Assembly (NCBI GenBank): GCA_944332455.1
Contig: CALVJY010000010.1
Span: 170 to 64,169, forward strand
Direction: 5' to 3'
DNA length: 64,000 nucleotides
Source: an uncultured Clostridia bacterium
GTDB taxonomy: Bacteria > Bacillota > Clostridia > Christensenellales > HGM11417
Below the pieces are notes generated by a model. That model did not search any database. It saw only the letters and a list, made by a program, of their open reading frames with translations, and was not told where the DNA came from. A program made the position numbers and the translations under genes. This document shows, in pieces, positions 26,807-36,364 of the stretch; position 1 is the stretch's first letter, and each line of letters starts with the position of its first letter.

Positions 26807-26893
26807 AGATTTTGATACATTGTCTTTCGATCGTCCGTCCCGCCCGAAGGGGAAAAGGGCGGCCGAGACGAGTTGACAACTGTCGGAGGAACT

Positions 26894-29257
26894 ATGATCA
26901 ACGCATCCCAGAAAAAGCTGATCTGCCTGCTGACCGCCGCGGTCATGCTGCTGTCCCTGTTCATGGGGTTCCAGGCGGCCCACGCGGTCACCGTTTCGGT
27001 GGGCAGTTCGACCTTCACCTCTACGCAGAACATCACCATCGGTGCCAGCAGCGAAGGGCTTTCGCTCCGGCCCACCGAGCTGTCGGGCTCCTACGCCTCC
27101 CTTTCGGCCACCCAGTACGTGGGCGAACTGGACGGGCAGCCCTATTCGGTGAACTTTACCGTCAAGCGGGACAACTTTACCTCGCTGACCTTCACCCTGA
27201 TCTCCCAGCAGCCGGTGGCCGACCGGGCCTACACGGATGAGGAGCTGCACGTGGCCGAGGTCGAGAACGCGGTCTCCCTGGAAAAGGAGGGGACCGAGGA
27301 TCTGACCGGGGACTATGTGCTGACCTACGAGCCCACCCAGACCGGCGGCACCCTGTCCATCCGGAAGGGGGACACCGTGGTGGCCAGCACTGCGGTGGAG
27401 GAGCCCATCTACAAGAACGAAGCCACCCTGAAGATCGAGTTTTCGGGCGTGGACGAGCTGTTTGTCCGGGACAGCGACGACGAGGACATGGATGAGGAGA
27501 TCGAGGTCACCTCGGTTGTTTTGACTGGCATCCGCCTGAGCGAGGGCGAGGAGGAGAGCATCTATGCCCAGTCCTTCTCGGCCAACTCCTCCAACCGGGT
27601 CAGCGACACCTCCACCCCCGTGCTCCGCCTGGATCCCGCCAAGCTGGACCTTGACGCGGCGGACGTGGGGTCGGACGGCACCCTGAACGACAACATCATC
27701 GCCGTGCTGAACACCACCATGAATCTGCCGGTGCTGTTCTACGACACCCTGCGCTCTTCCATCACCAACCGCATCACCGTCAAGTACAGCGCCGAGCCGG
27801 TCACCGACTGGTCCCAGGTCGAGGATGAGCAGACCTACACCTCCTCCTCGGCGACCACCGGCGTCAACTTCAACGTGCGCCAGCCCGGCTACTACGCCAT
27901 CACCCGCATCCAGACTTCGGACGGCACCAACACCGTGGTCTACGAAATGGCCTCGGGGGAGACCGAGTCCGAAAACAGCGATCTGATCTACGCCGGAGAT
28001 CTCCAGCTCAAGCTGCCCCTGGTGTACGAGACCGTGGAGCGGACCTCCCTTTCGGCCGAGGACAGCGTGGGCTTCAACGAGACCAACTACGCCTCGCACT
28101 ACACCCAGATCAGCACCACCCAAAAAGGCGGGGACAAGCACACCCTGACCTTCTTCGATCCCGTGCTGTGGACCCCCGAAAATCAGTTCACCGAGGCTGA
28201 CATCGAGGCCGTCAAGACCGCCTTCGCGAGCAGCGGCGCCGACCTTTACTCCATCGTGGGCGTGGACGCCGACGGCTACCTGATCTTCGAGAACAACCTG
28301 AACATGGTCAGCTTCACCCTGCAGTACCGGCTGAACAACGCCTCCAACACCTCGTCGGCCTACACCGATTCCACGGACGACGGCCTGACCTTTACTGCCC
28401 GCAACGCCGGCCCCTACCAGTTCAAGTTCACGGTGACCGACCGCAACGGCCGCAAATACGTCATGAAAAAGCCCTTCCTCACCGTGGAGGAGTTCTTCGA
28501 CAACGAGACCCCAGAACTCAACGTGACCGGCTTCCCCGACACCATCTACCTCAACCAGTCCTGGACGGTGCCCTCGGGCACGGTGACCGACGACTTCGAT
28601 TCCAGCCTGTCGGCCTCCTACACGGTCTACCACCTCTACAACTACGAGGTCATCGACCCCGATCAGGACTACGATCCCACCAACTTCGACGATCCCAACG
28701 TCCGCTTCACCCCGGTCTACGTCTACGAGATGGACGGCGACAGCTTTGTCTACAAGAAGGATGAGAACGGGGACGACCTGCTGGACGAAAACGGCGATCC
28801 CATCCGGGTCATCGTCTACGAGTACGACACCGACGAGGACGGCAACCAGCTGTACGCCAACACCACGGTGGAGGTCGACGGCGAGACCTACTACGTCTTT
28901 GACCCCGAAGTTCTGGTGGACGGTGAGATCCGCTACCTGATGGACGAGGACAACAACAAGATCCCCGCCGTCAAGCTGGACGAGGAGGGCAACCCCATTC
29001 CCGCCCAGTACGAGGTGACCGGCAGCGTCACCCCCAGCACCTACGCCGTCTACAAGGTGGTCTACACCGCCGAGGACGCCGCCGGCAACAAGGTGGAGGA
29101 ACAGACCTTCTACACCTATGTGGTGGACGCGCCGCCCACGCCGGTGCTCCAGAACCTTTCCACCACCGCCATCGTCTTCGGCTGCATCGCCATCGCCTGC
29201 ATGGTCGGCATCTTCGTGGTGCTGCTGATCCCCACCAAGGACAAAAAGACCCGCTGA
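26894..29257 (+). CDS. Large acidic membrane-anchored surface protein with Ig-like domains
   Basis: Signal peptide ending AAHA. Ig/DUF5011-like 'PELNV...GTVTDDFD' and 'YKVVYTAEDAAGN'. C-terminal TM then KDKKTR. RBS GGAGG. Confidence 0.85.
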   Translation: MINASQKKLICLLTAAVMLLSLFMGFQAAHAVTVSVGSSTFTSTQNITIGASSEGLSLRPTELSGSYASLSATQYVGELDGQPYSVNFTVKRDNFTSLTFTLISQQPVADRAYTDEELHVAEVENAVSLEKEGTEDLTGDYVLTYEPTQTGGTLSIRKGDTVVASTAVEEPIYKNEATLKIEFSGVDELFVRDSDDEDMDEEIEVTSVVLTGIRLSEGEEESIYAQSFSANSSNRVSDTSTPVLRLDPAKLDLDAADVGSDGTLNDNIIAVLNTTMNLPVLFYDTLRSSITNRITVKYSAEPVTDWSQVEDEQTYTSSSATTGVNFNVRQPGYYAITRIQTSDGTNTVVYEMASGETESENSDLIYAGDLQLKLPLVYETVERTSLSAEDSVGFNETNYASHYTQISTTQKGGDKHTLTFFDPVLWTPENQFTEADIEAVKTAFASSGADLYSIVGVDADGYLIFENNLNMVSFTLQYRLNNASNTSSAYTDSTDDGLTFTARNAGPYQFKFTVTDRNGRKYVMKKPFLTVEEFFDNETPELNVTGFPDTIYLNQSWTVPSGTVTDDFDSSLSASYTVYHLYNYEVIDPDQDYDPTNFDDPNVRFTPVYVYEMDGDSFVYKKDENGDDLLDENGDPIRVIVYEYDTDEDGNQLYANTTVEVDGETYYVFDPEVLVDGEIRYLMDEDNNKIPAVKLDEEGNPIPAQYEVTGSVTPSTYAVYKVVYTAEDAAGNKVEEQTFYTYVVDAPPTPVLQNLSTTAIVFGCIAIACMVGIFVVLLIPTKDKKTR

Positions 29258-29283
29258 CCGCAAAGACAAATGATCTGACCCGT

Positions 29284-29320
29284 ACGGGAGAAGGAGAAAC
29301 ATCTCTTTCTCCCGTTTTTT
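29284..29320 (+). terminator. Intrinsic terminator
   Basis: ACGGGAGAAGGAGA-aaca-TCTCTTTCTCCCGT followed by a T-run. Confidence 0.8.
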
Positions 29321-29677
29321 TGCGGGGAGTGAGGCCGGGACGGAACGGGATCTCTTTCCGCCCGCTCTTGCGGGCCGAAGGGCGGGCAGGGAAAAGAGAT
29401 CCCGCCTCCGGATCGAAAAGTTTCCCGCTTCCCTTGTGCCGGTGCAGGAGCGGGTGTTCGGACAAATTCGACAAAAAAATTAGACGAAGCCCCCCGAAAA
29501 TACTTTCAAAACGGGAGGCTTTTGTGTTATAATAAAAAAGAGAAGGGCGGAAAGTTCCGTCCGAAAAAATCACGTTCGATCATCGTTTTCCGGCTCCGGC
29601 CGGAAAGGGAGGAAAAAAGAGGCTGAGATAACAATTTTGTTTCCGGGCCGCGACCTTACGAAAAGGAGGACCTGCCG

Positions 29678-31321
29678 TTGAAAATTTTAATGCAGAAACT
29701 GAGGGAGGCGTTGTTGTCGGTCCTGCCGATCACGGCGGTCATTCTGATCATCAACTTTGCCGTCCGGCCCATGCCGGATTACAACCTGATCGCCTTTCTG
29801 ATCGGGGCGGTGCTGCTGATCCTGGGCATGGGGCTGTACACCCTGGGCACGGACGTGGCCATCGAGCCCATGGGCGGGCACATCGGATCCCGGATCACCA
29901 AGACCAAAAAGGCGGGGCTGATCCTGGCCGTCTGCTTTGTCATCGGCGTCATCGTCACCGTGGCCGAGCCCGACCTGACCGTGCTGGCCACCCAGGTGCC
30001 CACCATCGACAACTGGGTGCTGATCCTGACGGTGGCGGCGGGCGTGGGCGTGTTTTTGGTCTTTGCCATTCTGCGCATCATGCTCAAGATCAACCTCAAC
30101 CTGGTGCTGATCGCCTTTTATGTCCTGCTCTTCGTGCTGGCCGCCTTTGTGGACGCCGAATTCATCCCCCTGGCCTTCGATTCGGGAGGGGTGACCACCG
30201 GTCCCATCACCGTGCCCTTCATCATGGCCCTGGGCATCGGCATCTCGGCGGTCCTGGGCGGAAACAGCACCCAGGACAACAGCTTCGGGATCATCGGCAT
30301 CTGCTCCATCGGCCCCATTTTGGCCGTGCTCATCCTGGGCCTGTTCAATCCCCAGGCCAGCGCCGGCGCCGCCGACGTCACGGTGTTCGGGTCGGTGGGG
30401 GAGATCTTCGCGGCCTTCGGATCCCGCTTTCTGTACGAGCTGCGGGAGGTCGGCATCGCCCTGCTTCCCATCGTGGCCTTCTTCTTCATCTTTCAGTTCA
30501 TCGCCTTAAAGCTGCCCAAGGCCCATCTGCTCAAGATCGTCGTGGGCATCGTCTACACCTATGTCGGCCTGTCCATCTTCCTGACCGGAGTCAACGTGGG
30601 CTTCATGTCCGCGGGGGTCTACATCGGGGAGATCCTGGCCGGGACCAACCGCTGGCTGCTGATCCCGGTGGGCATGGTGGTGGGCGCCTTCATCGTGCTG
30701 GCCGAGCCGGCCGTTCACGTGCTGAACAAGCAGGTGGAGGAGATCACCGGCGGCACCATCCGCCGGAGCACCATGCTCAAGGTGCTGGCCGTCTCCATGG
30801 CCGCGGCGCTGGGGCTGTCCATGCTGCGGGTGGCCGCCGGCGTCTCGATCTGGTGGATCATCCTGCCGGGCTACGCCGTCGCCCTGGGGCTGTCCTTCTT
30901 CGTACCCAAGATCTTCACCGCCATCGCCTTTGACTCGGGCGGGGTGGCCTCCGGGCCCATGACCGCCACCTTTCTGCTTCCCCTGGCCATGGGGGCGGTG
31001 ACGGAACTTGGCGGGAACATCTTCACCGACGCCTTCGGCATCGTGGCCACCGTGGCCATGACCCCGCTGGTCACCATTCAGGTGCTGGGACTGATCTACA
31101 AGTTCCGCCTGATCAAGGCCCAAAAGGCCGCTACGGCCGAGGCCGAAGCCCTGCTGAACGAGGAGGGCGAGGTCATCGACCTGATGGGGGATCCCGTGGA
31201 GATCCCCGCCCTGCCCGCACACAAGAGCAAGTTTTACCACCTGCGGGAGGAGGGAGAACGCCTGATCAAGGAGAGACGGGCACGGATGAAAAAGGAGTGG
31301 AAACGATGGACGAAAAAATAG
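29678..31321 (+). CDS. DUF1538 membrane protein (two fused domains)
   Basis: TTG start, RBS AAGGAGG. Duplicated motifs 'AEPDL/AEPAV' and 'FDSGGVTTGPITVPF / FDSGGVASGPMTATF'. Confidence 0.88.
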   Translation: MKILMQKLREALLSVLPITAVILIINFAVRPMPDYNLIAFLIGAVLLILGMGLYTLGTDVAIEPMGGHIGSRITKTKKAGLILAVCFVIGVIVTVAEPDLTVLATQVPTIDNWVLILTVAAGVGVFLVFAILRIMLKINLNLVLIAFYVLLFVLAAFVDAEFIPLAFDSGGVTTGPITVPFIMALGIGISAVLGGNSTQDNSFGIIGICSIGPILAVLILGLFNPQASAGAADVTVFGSVGEIFAAFGSRFLYELREVGIALLPIVAFFFIFQFIALKLPKAHLLKIVVGIVYTYVGLSIFLTGVNVGFMSAGVYIGEILAGTNRWLLIPVGMVVGAFIVLAEPAVHVLNKQVEEITGGTIRRSTMLKVLAVSMAAALGLSMLRVAAGVSIWWIILPGYAVALGLSFFVPKIFTAIAFDSGGVASGPMTATFLLPLAMGAVTELGGNIFTDAFGIVATVAMTPLVTIQVLGLIYKFRLIKAQKAATAEAEALLNEEGEVIDLMGDPVEIPALPAHKSKFYHLREEGERLIKERRARMKKEWKRWTKK

Positions 31322-31680
31322 TCCTTAAGGCGCTGTTCATCATTGTGGACCGGAGCAAGGCCGAAAAGGTCATCCAGGCCGTCAAGCCCCTGGGCGTCAA
31401 CTACGAGCACGCCATGCTGGGCTTCGGCACGGCCTCCTCCGAGGTGCTGGGCATCCTGGGTCTGGGCGACACCGAAAAGGCGGTCATCCTGGGGACCGTG
31501 GACGGGAACAAGATCCCCGAAGTCTATGCCTGCCTAAAGCACGATTTCGACTTCGAGAGCGCGGGGGGCGGCGTGGCCTTCACCATTCCGCTCTCCTCGG
31601 TCGGCGGCCCGGTCAGCCTGCGCATTCTGGCCGGCATTTTCCCGGACCCGATCCAAAATCCGGGAGATCTTAAGAGGTGA
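31306..31680 (+). CDS. PII-like signalling protein
   Basis: 'LFIIVDR', 'GFGTAS', 'DTEKAVIL', 'GGGVAFTIPLSSVGG'. Confidence 0.8.
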   Translation: MDEKIVLKALFIIVDRSKAEKVIQAVKPLGVNYEHAMLGFGTASSEVLGILGLGDTEKAVILGTVDGNKIPEVYACLKHDFDFESAGGGVAFTIPLSSVGGPVSLRILAGIFPDPIQNPGDLKR

Positions 31681-31684
31681 TTCC

Positions 31685-32038
31685 ATGAAAGAGACCTACT
31701 TTGAACTCATCGTCGCCATCATCAACCGGGGCTATTCGGACACCGTCATGGAGGCCGCCCGGGCCGTGGGCGCCCGGGGCGGGACGGTCATCCAGGCCCG
31801 CGGGGCGGGTTCGCACGAGGCCGAAAAGTTCTTCGGCATCAGCATCCAGCCCGAAAAAGAGATCGTGCTGATCCTGACCACCATCGAGACCAAAAAGAGC
31901 ATCATGAAGGCGGTCTGCCAGAGCGCCGGCCTCAAGACGCCGGGGCGGGGGCTGACCTTCTCGCTGCCCGTGGACGACGTCATGGGCATGGCCATGGGCG
32001 TTCCCGTGGAAGACGGGGAAGAATCCGACAAAACCTGA
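31685..32038 (+). CDS. PII family nitrogen-regulator-like protein
   Basis: 'VMEAARAVGARGGTVIQARGAG', 'QPEKEIVLI', 'PGRGLTFSLPVDDVMG'. Confidence 0.88.
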   Translation: MKETYFELIVAIINRGYSDTVMEAARAVGARGGTVIQARGAGSHEAEKFFGISIQPEKEIVLILTTIETKKSIMKAVCQSAGLKTPGRGLTFSLPVDDVMGMAMGVPVEDGEESDKT

Positions 32039-32051
32039 CAAAAAGACGAAA

Positions 32052-32090
32052 AAAGAGGCTGTCTCTTCGATACGGAAGGGCAGCCTCTTT
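32052..32090. terminator. Bidirectional terminator
   Basis: AAAGAGGCTG...CAGCCTCTTT between convergent genes. Confidence 0.7.
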
Positions 32091-32312
32091 GAAGTTCGGC
32101 CATCTTTTGCTATACTGTTTGGGGAGGCTCTTGCCCTGCGGGAGGGCAGCAGGATGGGAAAGGCGGGAGGACCGGGTGTTCAACGGCCCGCCGCTTTCAA
32201 GCCCGGCCGCCCTGCCTCTGCTCCGTCCAAGGTGCCTGGCGTGCGGGGCGGAAAGACGGAAGGACGGGCATGCGTCCGCCGATCCCGCGCTAGGTGCCGG
32301 CGCAGTCTTCCC

Positions 32313-33080
32313 TTATTTGCGGTTGTACTGCTTGGCGTAGCGGTAAAAGGTGGACATGCTCTCGAATCCGCAGGCGAAGGCCAGTTCGCAGACGTTGTCC
32401 GTGCCGGCCTTGGCCAGGCGGTTGAACTCCCGCAGGCGGATCAGGTTGACGTAGTTGCTCAGGCTCCCCGGCACGTAGGTGTTGAACAGCCTGGAAAAGT
32501 AGTATTTGCTGTACCCGAATTCCTGGGCCAGGCTATCCAGGGTGAGCTTTTCGGTGTAGTGGCAGTCAATGTAGCGGAGGATGCGGGCCATCAGGTCGAC
32601 GTTGCGGTCCAGCCGGATGGGCACGGTGGGGTAGTGATCCAGCAATTTGCCGAACAGTACGTTCAGGTAGCCCTTCAAAATCAGCGAGGAGCCCTGTTTT
32701 TCGGCGGCCAGGCTCTCGAACAGGGGGAGCAGGGTGCGGTTGAACGCCCGGTCGTCCAGCAGCGCCGGCAGGGTGGACTGGCGGAAGGCCCGGTCAAAGT
32801 CATCCGAAAAGCTGGGGGGAATGATCAGCACGATCTTGCGGAAGGGCCCCCCGAGCAGGGTCAGCCGATGGGGATAGTAGTTGTGGACGAAGATGATCTC
32901 GTCCATTTGGGCCAGAAAAGTCTGTTCCCCGACCTCGGCCTTCACCTCGCCCTCGGTCAAAAGCAGGACCTCGATGGAGCGGTGAAAGTGCAGGTCGCAG
33001 TGCGCCCCGTCGGCAAAAATGCAGATGTTTTTGTTCTCGTCGTGGTGACGCTCGTAGAAAATGTCCGTTCCCTTTTTCAT
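32313..33080 (-). CDS. AraC family transcriptional regulator (cupin + HTH)
   Basis: 'HFHRSIEVL', 'LTLDSLAQEFGYSKYYFSRLF', 'AFACGFESMSTFYR'. Confidence 0.92.
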   Translation of the reverse strand: MKKGTDIFYERHHDENKNICIFADGAHCDLHFHRSIEVLLLTEGEVKAEVGEQTFLAQMDEIIFVHNYYPHRLTLLGGPFRKIVLIIPPSFSDDFDRAFRQSTLPALLDDRAFNRTLLPLFESLAAEKQGSSLILKGYLNVLFGKLLDHYPTVPIRLDRNVDLMARILRYIDCHYTEKLTLDSLAQEFGYSKYYFSRLFNTYVPGSLSNYVNLIRLREFNRLAKAGTDNVCELAFACGFESMSTFYRYAKQYNRK

Positions 33081-33252
33081 GGCTGCCTCGGAGATGACAA
33101 TTTTTGGGATAAGAAGCTGTAATTTTGGGGTGAAAATCACAATATTTAGTGGTATGATTATAGCATCCTCGAGCATAAAAGTAAAGCGGAATCAAGGCTT
33201 TGGGGGAAATTGCGTAAAAAACCTTAATGGACCGAAAACGGAGGCGTACAAA

Positions 33253-34296
33253 ATGAAATTGGCATTGATCGGCTACGGCGGAATGGGCTCCTACCACGCG
33301 GCCAACATCTCGGAGATGAATCAAAAAGGCGATCTCAGCCTGACCCTTTCGGGGGTCTGGGACATCGACCCCGCCCGGCGGGAGGCCGCCCGGGCGGCCG
33401 GATTTGCGGCCTTTGAAAGCCTGGAGGAGGCGCTGTCCTCCTGCGAGGCCGTGCTGCTGGCCACCCCCAACGACACCCATCTGCCCCTGACGCAGGCTGC
33501 GGCCGCGGCCGGAAAGCATATTCTGTGCGAAAAACCCATCGCCTGCAGCTTAGAGGAGGCCGAGCAGATGTACCGGGCCGCCGAGGAAGGCGGGGTGCTT
33601 CTCACCGTTCACCAGAACCGCCGGCTGGATCCCGACTTTCTCTGCCTGAAGCAGATCGTCGAGGGCGGGGAGCTGGGGCGGATCTACCGCATCGAGTCCC
33701 AGGTCTGCGGGGGCAACGGCATCCCCGGGGACTGGCGCAAGAGGGCGGCCCAGGGGGGCGGCATGATGCTGGACTGGGGGGTGCACCTGCTGGATCAGAT
33801 GCACCTGCTGTTCGGCCGTCCGGACTGGGTGCACTGCGTCTGCTCCTTTGTCTTAGGCGAGGAAGTGGACGACGGATTTTTGCTGGAGGCGGGCTATCCC
33901 GGCCTTTTGTATCGGGTGGAGGTGGACACCAACTGCTTTGTGCCCCGCTTCCGCTGGCTGGCCTTCGGCGAGGCCGGCACCGCCGAGATCTCGGATTGGG
34001 AGATGAACGGGGAGATGGTGCGGGTCAAGGAGCGGGTAGACCCCGCCCTGAAGGGGGTACAGGCCGGCAACGGGCTGACCAAGACCATGGCCGCCCGGAG
34101 CGAGCAGACCCTGGAAAAACTCCCCCTGCCCAAGGCCTCCCTGCCCGGGCCGGCCTATTACCGCAACTTCGCGGCCGCCGCGGCGGGGAAGGAGGCCCCC
34201 TTTGTCAAAAAGGAGGAGGTGCTTTCGGTCTTTTCCCTGATGGAGGAGGCCCTGCGCTCCGACCGGGAGCGGCGGGTGATCTCCCTGAAAAAATAG
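33253..34296 (+). CDS. Gfo/Idh/MocA family oxidoreductase
   Basis: 'LIGYGGMG', 'ATPNDTH', 'HILCEKP', 'HQNRR', 'GGMMLDWGVHLLD'. Confidence 0.92.
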   Translation: MKLALIGYGGMGSYHAANISEMNQKGDLSLTLSGVWDIDPARREAARAAGFAAFESLEEALSSCEAVLLATPNDTHLPLTQAAAAAGKHILCEKPIACSLEEAEQMYRAAEEGGVLLTVHQNRRLDPDFLCLKQIVEGGELGRIYRIESQVCGGNGIPGDWRKRAAQGGGMMLDWGVHLLDQMHLLFGRPDWVHCVCSFVLGEEVDDGFLLEAGYPGLLYRVEVDTNCFVPRFRWLAFGEAGTAEISDWEMNGEMVRVKERVDPALKGVQAGNGLTKTMAARSEQTLEKLPLPKASLPGPAYYRNFAAAAAGKEAPFVKKEEVLSVFSLMEEALRSDRERRVISLKK

Positions 34297-34306
34297 GGCG
34301 GGGCGG

Positions 34307-34447
34307 TTTCGGGCTGGGCCCGAAAAGTGATATTTTGGCCTTCGGCCAAAGTGATATTTTGACTTATCGTCAAAGTGATATTTTCAGCCTTGCGGCTGAA
34401 AGTGATATTTTGGCTCCTGGCCAAAGTTGTGGATAAGTCCACAACTT
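34307..34447. repeat. Array of constant 13-mer AAAGTGATATTTT x4 separated by variable palindromic 11-14-nt inserts
   Basis: Repeats at 34324, 34348, 34372 and 34399. Inserts GGCC-TTC-GGCC, GAC-TTATC-GTC, CAGCC-TTGC-GGCTG, GGCTCCTGGCC. Terminal hairpin AAGTTGTGGA-TAAG-TCCACAACTT. Confidence 0.92.
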
Positions 34448-34514
34448 CTAAAGCAAAGATCACAAAGCTGAAAAATCAAATTTCATTCTATATTTTTTAG
34501 AATCGGAGGAAAAC

Positions 34515-35480
34515 ATGAAGATCAGCGTCGTCAGTTCCATTTTGGGAGGATACTCCCTGGACGAGAGCCTGGCCTACCTGAAGGGGCTGGGCGTGGAGCA
34601 GTTTGAACTTGGCGTGGGGGGCTACCCCGGCAAGGCGCACGCCGACGCCCGGGTGCTGGCCGCCGACAGGGCCGCGCGGGAGAAGGTCCAGAAGACCTTC
34701 GAAAAGCACGGCATGGAGATCTCGGCCCTGGCCGTGCACGGCAACTGCGTGCACCCCGACAAAAAGGTGGCCGCCGAGTTCCAGGCCGACTTCGAGGCCG
34801 CCTGCGTGCTGGCCGGACAGCTGGGGGTGGAGACCCTGATCACCTTTTCGGGCTGCCCCGGCTCCGATCCCGGCGCCAGCCAGCCCTCCTGGGTGACCTG
34901 CGCCTGGCCGCCGGAGTACGGCGAGGTCTTAAAGTACCAGTGGGAGGAGGTGCTGATCCCCTACTGGAAGGAGGCCGTGTCCTTTGCCGCCTCCAAGGGG
35001 GTCAAAAAGATCGCCCTGGAGATCCACCCGGGCTTCTGCGTCTACAACCCCGAGGCCCTCATGCGGCTGCGCGGGGCGGTGGGCGAGATGATCGGGGCCA
35101 ACCTCGACCCCTCCCACCTGTTCTGGCAGGGGGTGGACATCCTCTCGGCCATCCGCTACCTGAAGGAGGCCGTCTACTACTTCCACGCCAAGGACACCGT
35201 GCTGCACGCGGACAAGATCCGGGTCAAGGGCGTGCTGGATACCACCCCGCTGTCCGAGCTTTCGGACCGCTCCTGGGCCTTCTGCACCCTGGGCTACGGC
35301 CACGACGCCGGCGAGTGGAAAAAGATCGTCGCCGCCCTGAAGACCGTGGGCTATGACGGCACCCTCTCCATCGAGCACGAGGACGGCCTGATGTCCCCCA
35401 AGGAGGGGCTGGAAAAGGCCGTGGCTTTCCTGAAGGGCATGGTCATCCGGGAGGGCAACCAGAACATGTTCTGGGCCTGA
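34515..35480 (+). CDS. Sugar phosphate isomerase/epimerase (AP endonuclease 2 TIM barrel)
   Basis: 'IALEIHPG', 'GANLDPSHL', 'YFHAKD', 'LSIEHED'. Confidence 0.9.
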   Translation: MKISVVSSILGGYSLDESLAYLKGLGVEQFELGVGGYPGKAHADARVLAADRAAREKVQKTFEKHGMEISALAVHGNCVHPDKKVAAEFQADFEAACVLAGQLGVETLITFSGCPGSDPGASQPSWVTCAWPPEYGEVLKYQWEEVLIPYWKEAVSFAASKGVKKIALEIHPGFCVYNPEALMRLRGAVGEMIGANLDPSHLFWQGVDILSAIRYLKEAVYYFHAKDTVLHADKIRVKGVLDTTPLSELSDRSWAFCTLGYGHDAGEWKKIVAALKTVGYDGTLSIEHEDGLMSPKEGLEKAVAFLKGMVIREGNQNMFWA

Positions 35481-35502
35481 CCGGGCAGGACAAGGAGGAA
35501 TT

Positions 35503-36231
35503 ATGATCGGCATACAGCTCTATTCGCTCAGAGAGATGGCGGGGCGGGAAGGCCCCGAGGCCGTCTTCCGGGCGGCGGCGGAGGCCGGCTTTGACGGCGT
35601 GGAATTTGCCGGGTTTTACGGCCTTTCCCCCGAGGAGATCGGGGCGCTGCTGCAAAAATACAACTTAACGGCCATGTCCGCCCACATCGGCGTGAGCGCG
35701 CTGGAGGAGCAGCTGCCCTTTGTCCGGGCGCTGAAGATCCCGGCCGTCTACATGCCCTGTCCCGGGCCGGAGGATCTGGATTCGGAGGCGAACCTCACGG
35801 CCTTTACCGAGCGGATGCGGGCCTGCCAGACCCGGCTGGCCCCCCTGGGGGTGCGCTACGGCTACCACAACCACTACATGGAATACCGGGGGGAGGGGGA
35901 CCTGGTCGCCCGCTTTCTGGAGGCCCTGCCCGGCCTGACCGCCGAGCTGGACGTGTTCTGGGCCCAGGCCTCCGGCCGGGATCCCGTGGCCCTCATGCAA
36001 AAGTACGGCGACAGATTGTCCTGCCTGCACATCAAGGAGCTTTCGCCCGACGGCCCCGAGGCCCCCAACCCGGTGGTGGGCGAGGGCGAGGTGGACATGC
36101 CGGCCGTGTTCGCCCAGGCCGCCCGCATGGGGGTGCAGACCTTTGTGCTGGAGGCCGAGCGCTTCGACATCCCCGAGCGCGACTACCTCGCCCGCAGCTG
36201 CGCGGCCATGAAAAAGCTGGCCGGGGCGTAA
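35503..36231 (+). CDS. Sugar phosphate isomerase/epimerase (AP endonuclease 2 TIM barrel)
   Basis: 'IGIQLYSLR', 'GFDGVEFAG', 'YGYHNH..E', 'ELDVFW', 'LHIKE', 'GEGEVD'. Confidence 0.9.
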   Translation: MIGIQLYSLREMAGREGPEAVFRAAAEAGFDGVEFAGFYGLSPEEIGALLQKYNLTAMSAHIGVSALEEQLPFVRALKIPAVYMPCPGPEDLDSEANLTAFTERMRACQTRLAPLGVRYGYHNHYMEYRGEGDLVARFLEALPGLTAELDVFWAQASGRDPVALMQKYGDRLSCLHIKELSPDGPEAPNPVVGEGEVDMPAVFAQAARMGVQTFVLEAERFDIPERDYLARSCAAMKKLAGA

Positions 36232-36364
36232 GTTCCGAAAGGAGAAGGGGCCCGGAGAAAGAGGGGATCGGCTTCGGGCCGGAAACAGCGGGAGGGAGTT
36301 CTTTCCGTGGCCCGGTCAGGGCCGAACGTAAAAATCAAGAGGGCAAATGCCCGAAGGAGACAAT

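Noticed and set aside
26060-29302. Long antisense ORFs (also 16561..19350, 22512..24206, 47668..50181, 5553..6626)
   Set aside because: Shadow frames of GC3-rich genes. They are V/G/D/L-biased with no motifs and overlap well-supported genes on the other strand.
34324-34411. CRISPR array
   Set aside because: Repeat (13 bp) and spacers (11-14 bp) are far too short, the spacers themselves are palindromes, and no cas genes are in the window.
34428-34436. oriC suggested by a DnaA box and gyrBA
   Set aside because: Only one TTATCCACA was noticed, with no dnaA gene, box cluster or unwinding element.
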